A DNA stretch of 64,000 bases, taken from NCBI GenBank assembly GCA_054600435.1, contig BAAIJX010000009.1:372001-436000 (forward strand). Direction: 5' to 3'. Under the pieces are notes generated by a model. The model did not search any database. It was not told the DNA's origin and saw only the letters and a list, made by a program, of their open reading frames with translations. Numbering within the stretch: the stretch's first letter is position 1; each line of letters opens with the position of its first letter. Origin of the DNA: Neophaeotheca triangularis (taxonomy: Eukaryota). Made by a program: the position numbers and the translations under genes. Shown here piece after piece: positions 55,663 through 64,000 of the stretch.

Positions 55663-56510
55663 TCGACTTGTCTACTACTACTAAAGGCTCCCTTGATCTT
55701 TATAGTAACCTCCTACTAACATCCTAACCTTTTACCCTCTACCTTTAACTACGCTATAGCGAACGATATAGGACTCGATAAGGACGGCTAACGTATCTCG
55801 AGGTCGCCATTAAGTACATCATCCTAGTCGTTAACACTAGCGCCTCCTACGCTATTAGTAGCGCCTAGGGCAAGAGCTAAGATAAGATCTTAAGCCTAAG
55901 CTTAGGCGTTAGCTAGTAGGCGGCTCCCTACTACCTCGCCTAAACGCTCTCTGTCGCCTTTAGCATTTCGACTAGTTCCTATTTCTTAACCACGTCGGGT
56001 TACTTATGGCTTAGGGCGCGCGCCTCTATCTCCCTACCCTTATTATGGCGCGGCGCGGCATTATACCTCTCTCGCTCTACTACCGGGAACAGTTCGTCCT
56101 CGCGCGGTAATAGGACTAGGCTTAATAACGCCTACTTCGAGACCTCTAACTATAAGGCCTAACCCGGCTATAGAGCCTCCGCGGCGTAGACATCCTTTAA
56201 CTATAACTAGCAGCGCCCTACGCTTAACGCTCTATGCGAGACAAAGAGACCCGCGCGACGTGCCTTCTTCGCCTACCCCCGACGGTAACGACGGCTTCGG
56301 ACACCTCTTTACGCCTTCCCGTTAACTTGCGTAAGAATTAGGTGCTACTACTATTAGAGATTCCCCTACGCCTTAGTTACCGCTTGCTAGCTATAGTCGA
56401 CAAAGCTCCTATAGCCCCCGACTTTAGTACGGCCCTCTTAGTTATTAGAACTAATACCTAGAGTCCCGTTATAGCTCGTAACATGGCTCGCAACATGGCT
56501 CCTAACATGG
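55650..56510 (-). pseudogene. RIP-degraded hypothetical gene remnant; boundaries approximate
   Basis: A minus frame reads as charged protein (e.g. LPREDELFPVVERERYNAAPRHNKGREIEARA) with RIP-type stops. Confidence 0.35.
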
Positions 56511-56609
56511 CTCCTAATAACCCGCCCGGTAACCCTCCTAGACTCTATAACCTTCTATCGAGCATAATGATTATGTGCCTATAGATATTGACGACGATAG
56601 GCCATCTGT

Positions 56610-57680
56610 TAATCGTTCTTTGTCGGGTGAGGGTTTAACGTTCTAATCTCGAGAGCCGTCTCGTTAGTCGTCTCGATAGCCGTCTCGAGAGCCGTCTCGT
56701 TAGTCGTCTCGAGAGCCGTCTCGTTAGCCGTCTCGTTAGCCGTCTCGTCAACCGTCCGGGTCTTTACAGCGTGCTCTCTTCTTACGGCCCTCTGCATCTA
56801 TACTTGGCCTTTATTAGAGCTCGCTGCCTAGCTAGCGTTAGCTACTATTAGCTCTAGAATGTTAAGCCTAGGCTACATTCGAAGAGCGAGAGTATCTAGC
56901 TCGGGCCTAGGCCGAAGCAAGTATAGCTAGCTATACTTAAGGCTAGATTTAAGAGAACGATCTATACGAACAATAGCGACAGCCTAGGTACCCGAGCTAG
57001 ACTTTAGTCTAGAGTAGAGAGACTCGTGCCTAGCGAGAGAAGCTCCCCTCTAGATCTCGAGAAGGCTAATCTCTCTATACTACTAAGCTCCGTAAGCCGA
57101 ACGACAAGAGCTAGCTCGTATAGGACGTAGGGTCTAAGACTTAGAAGAGGAAGTAGAGCTATCGCGGGAGAATGACGGATACCGACGCTAGCCTTAAGTA
57201 TTACGGAGATTAACGCTACGACCGTTATCGGTCGATAGGAGCCCGTTGCTTTACCTATAAAGAGATAGAGCGCGCTTTCTACTACTAGAACCGGGGCACT
57301 AGTTACGGTTATAGTGAATGTCTAAATAGGAATACCGTATGCTCCTTTTAAAAACGAGCTAATAAGCGAAAGGAGCTTATAGAGTAGGAACGTTAACAAT
57401 AGGCGCGACAGACTAGCACCGCCGCTAGCGCTAGCTCTAATTATTAACGATAATCTTAGTAATAGTAGTTTAGCCCTCCTCCTTCTTAGTAATAGTAGTA
57501 GCAGGCTACTACTAGTACTCGACGTTCGAACTAGCGTAGTTTTGCCGATATAACGCCTACGGAGCGGCAAGTAGAGCTTAAGGAGTACGAATAGCGTGAT
57601 GCTCGAACGGTAAGAATAAGAGAGTTAGTTAGGAATAGGACCGAGCCACACTAGTTTACGCCCTACATTATTATATGGGT
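56610..57680 (-). pseudogene. RIP-degraded low-complexity S/R/P-rich gene remnant ending in ETAN/ETAL repeats; boundaries approximate
   Basis: ORF-track fragments 57322-57570 and 56609-56797 appear to be parts of one degraded coding region. Confidence 0.4.
56648..56748. repeat. 12-bp tandem repeat x~8 (GCCGTCTCGTTA/GAGA)
   Basis: Directly visible; encodes ETAN/ETAL on the minus strand. Confidence 0.9.
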
Positions 57681-58199
57681 AGAGCGTTTTAGTTAGACGG
57701 AGTCGCGTATATAGGTAGAGTATACTATAGGTAATATTTAGGAGTTCGCGGATAGGGGGTAGGGTCGTAGGGTCCGCGGTAGTTAAGCGTAGGGGGGAAG
57801 AGCATAAGGGGAGAAAGCATAGCGGCGGTTAAGGAGCAAGGCGTAGGTTTATAGATAGCACATCTACGTTCTAGACGAAATCATCCTACCTCGACCCGTT
57901 ATACTACCTCTTAACCCTATAAGACCTAGCTTAACTACTTCTATAGCTAGCCTAACCGCTCCCTTACCCTTAGCCTAACTACTCTTTAGCTAGCCTGATT
58001 ACAATTTACTTATAGCCTAACTGCCTCTCGGGCTAGCCAAACTGCTTTACACGCTTAGCCTAGCTACGTGTAGGCTAGGAGGGGTAAGAATAGGCTGTAC
58101 TAGGTTAGGGCGTAGTAGGTCGGGCTTAATAGGGAATGTGTAGTCTAAGATAGTACAGTTTCTAAAGCAAACAATAGGAAATTACACCGCGTACGCCTA

Positions 58200-59922
58200 A
58201 GAAACAGACGTAACTAGACAAAGTATGTCCCTATAAAAGAAAGCCCCGACGGGACGCGCCCCTTACTACTAGCCTGCCTATCCTTTACCGACCGCGACGT
58301 CGGTTACGGAGCTCCCTCGTACCGCCCTAGTTAACGCTCCCCCTCTTACGCTTGCTACTAGCGCTAGACTTTTACTTAGATAATAGCGGGGGCTCGGACG
58401 AGGTAGGTGGCTCGGAGAGGCCTAACGACCCCTCGGCCTATAAGATAAGGTCTAACGACTCTCCGGCCTAGGAGAGAAGGCCTAACGATTAGCCGACGCT
58501 ACTCGGCGAGGGTTCGCTACCCGTTACCGGTAGTAATACCTCGCGAGAGTGCTAAGCTGTATTAGTAACGGCTTCGGCGTTACTAGCGGTAGGGCTAGAA
58601 GCTCTAAGGCTAAAATTAGGTCCTAAAATAGGAAGCTCCTCGGGACTATCGCATCCCCCGAGTAGTAGATCGGGAGATGCTCGCCGCGCTACTCGCCGCG
58701 CGCGGGGTATTAGTTAACCGGTAAGATTAACAAACTCGGGGGTCTTGTCTAGATCGATTTGCATAGTCGACTATGACCGCTAAAACTCCGTTTTCACGAC
58801 AGTATTGTTGCTGTCCGCCTCGACGCTCGGCTAAACCGGAGTAACTAGCTGCTTCTACTGCCTCTTCCCCCCCCTTAGAGTCCTTAGTACTCTTAGTGCT
58901 TTTAGTGTCTTAGGGGTACGGGGTTTCGGCAGACTCGGCGGTAACTCCTCCTCTACCTCCTCCGGTTCTAGCTCCGGCTCCGGCTCTACCTCCGTCTAGA
59001 TTACGATCTTAGCGGTAAACTCCCTACGGTTCCTCCTATGCTAGAGGAAGGGTATAAGGATTTGCTCGAGGTCCTTAGAGTAGGTAACGCTCCGACCGTA
59101 AATACTAGGCATATGAGTTTTGCTGTCGAAATCGGTAATTAATAGGGTGTTAACGTGATCAGGTTTTAGCGAGGCAAACTAGTAGTCTATGTTGTCGGTC
59201 TGTTTTAATAGGAACTCTAAGAAGTATATGTTTTCGTAGTAAAAGGCCTTCTCTTTAAAACCGTAGGTGATTCTATTCGCCTTTCTAGGCGCGCCATAAA
59301 CCTACTACTAATTAGTCCTATTAGATCCTTTTAATACCGTCTATATGAAAATCTTAATATTGGCGGAGTACGTACGCTCTAGAGGGGGTTCGGACGAAGA
59401 CTATACTAGATCAGTAGAGCTTCTTAGCGACCTAGAGGAACGGTAACTAAAGCCTACGGCGCCGGCGTTACTCTTCTTATAACCCTAGAGACTATACGTA
59501 CGTAGGCTAGTAGCTAATCGGTTAGTGTTAGCCGTTCCGCTAATGGCGCCCCTAGGACCTTCGATAAAGGTCTAGTAGCCCGATCCTTAAGAGGCCGTCC
59601 TTTAGTCGCTCTACGTTCGCGGGGGCTATACCGGGCTAACTAGCTCTACGGTAGGTTAGCGCATCTTAGCGATAGGCGCCGGAGCGACTTATTACCTCTA
59701 GGGCTCGGCGTTAACGGCGTGCTCTCCGCTAGTTCTCGTATCTATTCGGTCCGGAGGTGCTACGGAATAACGGATCATTAGTCGCTTATAAAGAGGGATT
59801 AGATTCGAGAGCCTATAGAACCTACACTTACTATAGGCCTTAGTAAGTTCATAGCGAATTTGCCTACGTACGCAATAGGACCCGATTTGCTAAAATTCGG
59901 TAGGTCCCTCTTGTTCCGACAT
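58200..59922 (-). pseudogene. RIP-degraded second ORF of the element (unknown function, EPEPE-rich segment); 3' end approximate
   Basis: ATG at 59922 (MSEQEGPTEF*QIGSYC...). The long frame is interrupted mostly by TAG/TAA and is co-oriented with the transposase. EVEPEPE(L)EPEEVEEELPP occurs near 58950-59000. Confidence 0.55.
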
Positions 59923-60169
59923 AGTCCTGAAATTTGCCTCGAACGAGCGGCGATTAGGCGACGAATAAGGCGTTATGTTAGGGGAGAATATAGGTAAACG
60001 GGGGGTAAAGGAAGAGTAAGACAAGATACGATACGAAAGATGAATAAGAAATTTAGAGCGAAATGAAATACCCTGTGGCTAACTACGGGGTTACGAACGG
60101 CACTACGAACTAGGTTCGATTAGACTTTTAGAGCTTGCCTTAATATAGTCAATTTCCGCGGGGTTTCTA

Positions 60170-61998
60170 CTCATTATTAATAGGTATACCCTGCGCTATA
60201 CGCGTCCTCGTAGTTAATCGGTTAGCTAACTATACTAGCGTCTACAAATACTTGCTACGCAGCCCCTATTGCCGGCTAATTTCGAGCGCCTAGTAGGCGC
60301 TCGAGCTCTATAAGTATTAGCTTATAGCCGGCTAAATCATAAAGGCGGACCTAGTCACGAAGCGCTCGATATACTAGGGTGTGCACTTTCTGTCCGCTAG
60401 GATTAACGTCGTCACTTGTAAAACGCTTAAAACCGAGGTCCTAGAGCGTCTATTAACACTAATTAAACGTAGGTTAGGGAAGGTAAGCATTAATGTCTGC
60501 TTACGTTATTAGTTCAGCCCTCTTAGCCGTTCGTAGCATGTTCGCGAGGCTACTTACGAAAATCCGTAAGGCTCTTAGCGAGGGGAGTAAGTAACCCCTC
60601 CGGAACCGCGATCCTATAATCTCTTCTACCGTAGATTATAGGGTAGTCATATAGCATGTTTAGTACCCCTACTACTGCGTTTAGTCGATCGGGCTGCCTT
60701 CTAATTCTATGGTTGTTCTAAAGGTCTATATACTAGAAATATACGGCACGGATAATAGGTATATATACCGCTAAGAATACAATGCGGTGCCGCATATTAC
60801 CTAGTTAATACTGTCTAGTAGCGACGAGGATCTCGAAGTAGCTCTTCTATTACTGTCCGATACTTAAGAAGGACTTCCCCTACTAGACCTCGATACGCTG
60901 ATTTTGCTTGCTAGTACTATACCGGAAATAGTCCTTAAAAGTCAGCTCCTCTTAGTTACCTAGCCCGTTAGCTTAGTCGCCGCCTATTCGCAGTTACGTT
61001 GCTAAATAGAACTAGGCATCTGCTAGCATAATTGTTTTACCGCCGCGGTCTATAGTAATAACTTGGGGCATAACACCCCCTTTACCGACGCTTACGAGGT
61101 ATTATGCGCCGACGGACACCGCTATCTAAGCCGTAATGCTAACGTAAAGCCAGATTACCTTTCGAGAAAAGGCGTCGATATAACTATAGATCTATATACC
61201 GTAGCCCTCGAATTTGCACATAGCGTCGATCGACTATACGTAATTAGGCCCCGGTATGTTAACTGTACGGGTATGACGGACCGTCTAAAGACGCCTCTTA
61301 AAACTAGCAGGATTAATTTCATGCGTAACCCTCTAGAGGCGGTTTCTAGTAGCAACGTGTTAGCGATTTGTCTATAAACGCGGAGCGAACAGCGCCCTTT
61401 TCGCTATAACTAGACAAAACGAATAGGAGAAGACGCTTGTCCTATTAGACGTAGTAAAGGGAGTAGCGAATAACTAGGGGAACAGGGTGCGAATAGCCTA
61501 CCTTCCTACTACGTTATACTTCGACCTAAGGGTAACGTAGAGCGTTTGTATGCTAAGGTCTTTAATCTTGCCGCCTTCGAGCTCTACTATGTACTTGTCT
61601 CTTATCTACTACTCTATAGCCTAGCCTAGCTCTAAGTCGTCTACGTACTGTTTACGTAGGCCTATAGACAGTCTTAGATTGATTATTTGCCGTTCGCTCA
61701 AGTCGCTATAGCCGTCCGCCTAGAGCACTATAGCGATTTCGGCGTCTATTAGCCTTATGTCGCAGACTAGCATGTGTACACGGTACCGTATTACCTCCGT
61801 CTCGATATCAAGGAGTCTTAGCCGGCGACGACTAGTAGTCTGCTATTCGCCGAGACGCCTACGTAGTATACCTTCCGAAACGAGAAGGCTATAGGTGGTT
61901 AGTAAATCGGCGCGCAGCTCTAAGTGTTGTTTTCCGCTGGCAATGGCTTGTTCGATGTGGGCGCGAAACGGCTCTAGGTCTACCCGTTAGCGAGGCAT
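60170..61998 (-). pseudogene. RIP-inactivated DDE transposase (Clr5-like N-terminus + integrase core); intron 60557-60497; 3' end approximate
   Basis: Segments in one frame from ATG 61998: MPR*RVDLEPFRAHI..LRRRLGE*, PGPNYV*SIDAMCKFEGYGI*IY..IDAFSRKVIWLYV, DRGG, Y.TSKQNQRIEV**, L*NNHRIRRQ and MLYDYP. Stops are TAG/TAA at expected Trp/Gln positions. Confidence 0.88.
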
Positions 61999-62123
61999 GA
62001 ATGGGAAGTATGTATGTGCTTTGCATAACAAAATCAGTAATATCGTAGCATGGTTGCGAACAAGGTGCGAACGAGATTGCAATGTTTACAAAACAAAAGT
62101 GCGGAAGCGCGGGGGACTTTGAA

Positions 62124-62153
62124 TTGAGACGAAAGACGGCATGGTCAACGGTC
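62124..62153 (-). repeat. Right TIR
   Basis: ttgagacgaaagacggcatggtcaacggtc, followed by the TSD ctgtt. Confidence 0.92.
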
Positions 62154-62500
62154 CTGTTTCAGCTGATATGCAGGGGTACCTGGGTACTCGGTATGGTCAA
62201 GTCACGTGCGAATTGTCTGTCGTAGACTGCAAGAGAAGGAAGAAACACTCAATGAGCCGGCTGCAAATTAACATTTCCTATACTGATCCGGACCAGTGTG
62301 AATTTTAAATCGCCTTTGGGACCTTCGCCCGTCTATCCCGACCGAAATGATAAGTAATCGCTAGCCCATAATGCTCGCCCAATGTGACATTCCCTACGCC
62401 GCACGCCATCGCTTTCCCTCAAGAACACATTCCGGTTCCTATTTCTGGAGCTCTCAAATCGCTATTGCCCATAGACAACAGTCTGCGGTTTCCAAGCTTA

Positions 62501-63710
62501 CTAAACTGGGTTTCCAAACTGCGCCCTCAGGCCAATAATCTGGTCCCTCGCGCCAGCGTCCATGGCGTAGACTTGCTCCCTCGTGAGCGCCATGATGGCA
62601 CGTAAAGCTTCTTCCTGGTTTGGCTGGCCTTGTGGGGCCTGTTGCGGCTGCGGCGGGGGTTGGTACGCTTGTTGCTGTACCGGGGGGGTCGGGGCGTAGC
62701 CCATTTGTGGAGGCCCCTGTTGAGGAGGGTAACCATATTGGCCTTGCGGAGGGAACTGTGGAGGTGGTTGCTGCATTGCTTGCGGCGGCGGTGGCTGTTG
62801 GTACATCTGCTGTGCTGGAGGCTGGGATGGCGTAGGGGCGGGAGCCGTCTGTTGCACAAGGGAGTTGATAACGCTTGTGTCGACGACGCCGAGGAGCAGC
62901 AGCGCCTGGAAGACGGCGTAGCTGAGTTGAGGTGCAGATGTGAGGAGGGCCGTTGCGCGCTGCGGCTCGGTTTGGACGAGGTTCTTCATCTGGCTGATGA
63001 TGTCGAGAAGTTGGGGTGGAGGGATGGAGGAAAGCGTGCGACTGATTGCGTCGGGGGCTGTGAGGTTGGGATCGAGGTCGACTCCAGATGGGAGTGGTGG
63101 AAGTGCTGATGAGTCTCCTGGTACCGCGTTCGTGCCATTCGCATCCGCTTGGGGTCCGTTCAGATTGAAATGTGCTGGTGGTGGTGCCCTGCCACTGCCT
63201 CCATCTTGTTGCCCTCCAGCTCCGCCTCTACCACCGCCGTTGTCGTTGCTGTAGTCAACGCGCAGTGTCCTTCCCATAACCTCGTGTTCGTTCAGGTTGC
63301 GAACAGCGCTCGCGGCCTCGTCAACGTTGGTATACTCCAAAAATCCGAAACCCTTAGGCTTCCCACTCTCCTTATCGTAGACAAGGCGGAAGTTCACCAC
63401 CGAGCCAACGCGCCCGAAGATCTCGCATATTTGCTCCTCGCTGACTCCTGCGCGCACCTCAAGTTAGCAAGATTCTCCACCCTATGCAAATGTCAATCGC
63501 AACTGCCCCCATTTATCCCCTGAATGGATGCTTATTTCGATTTCTCATCCAGTTTCTCGGGCTTTGTGATGTGTTGACTGTCTCTCCCGTCCATGCTTCT
63601 CCTCGTCTGAGGCAGTAGGAACGGTAACAATGAGGTTTTTACACGTTATACGTACCGTATGGGATGTTGCCAATGAAAACCACCCTTCCACCCTTCTCGC
63701 GCGCAGCCAT
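62501..63710 (-). CDS. RNA15: Cleavage/polyadenylation factor Rna15/CstF-64; intron 63655-63448
   Basis: MAAREKGGRVVFIGNIPY|GVSEEQ; RRM FRLVYDKESGKPKGFGFLEY..AVRNLN..GRTLRVD; hinge PQLSYAVFQALL; Q/P-rich linker and C-terminal LT.EQ..M....R.QI..LR. Confidence 0.93.
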
Positions 63711-64000
63711 AGTTGCCTCACTATTTCACGGGCCTTACTGATCCGGTGTGTTCATTCGCAGTCTGGTGTCGAAGATTGAAGGAGGTAGGACGCCAGAAAC
63801 GTATCGGTCGTGGGTATTTTGGCAGAATGTCGATGGCAGAGTCAAGACTTGTTAGTGTGTTCGTAGTCGCGATTTCGCTTGCGAAAGTAAGATTTGGTCA
63901 GAGGTTGATGTTGTTGTGTTTGGTGTTGAAGGTCAAGTCGTGCACGCCGTACTCGTGAGAGTTGAAGCTTCAACGCATTGTTGCCAAGACTGCGTTCGAC

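Larger units (their letters stand above)
51628..62153 (-). mobile_element. 10,526-bp RIP-degenerated TIR DNA transposon with an IS3EU/IS481-like DDE transposase and multiple internal gene remnants
   Basis: 30-bp TIRs match at 27/30. CTGTT is duplicated directly outside both ends (51623-51627 and 62154-62158). The interior is CA/TG-depleted and TA-rich, with a decodable transposase. Confidence 0.9.

Noticed and set aside
51628..62153. Starship, LTR retrotransposon or Helitron interpretation
   Set aside because: No tyrosine recombinase, LTRs, RT or helicase motifs were recognised. The TIR + 5-bp TSD + DDE enzyme indicate a cut-and-paste element.
63448..63655. Long RNA15 intron as a snoRNA host
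   Set aside because: No convincing C/D or H/ACA box arrangement seen.

Overview
Eukaryotic, intron-containing DNA from a filamentous ascomycete. Gene content, short GT..CTAAC..YAG introns and a RIP signature are consistent with Pezizomycotina; a Dothideomycete is only an impression. The left 51 kb is gene-rich: a Gyp5-like TBC Rab-GAP running off the left edge, a 4-TM MARVEL-like protein, two tandem MDR zinc dehydrogenases, a peroxisomal ABCD half-transporter, a Pth11-like membrane protein, EAF3, SNU66/SART1, a Pil1/Lsp1 eisosome protein, and a giant ~7,180-aa Leashin/Lah-type Woronin-body tether. RNA15/CstF64 lies at the right edge. The main discovery, almost invisible in the ORF track, is a 10.5-kb RIP-inactivated DNA transposon at 51628-62153. 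It has 30-bp TIRs (GAC...GTC termini) and a 5-bp TSD (CTGTT). It carries an intron-containing Clr5-like/integrase-core (IS3EU/IS481-like) DDE transposase remnant, about five further gene remnants, an 80-bp-arm palindrome and many minisatellites. All calls were made by eye, with no database searches.
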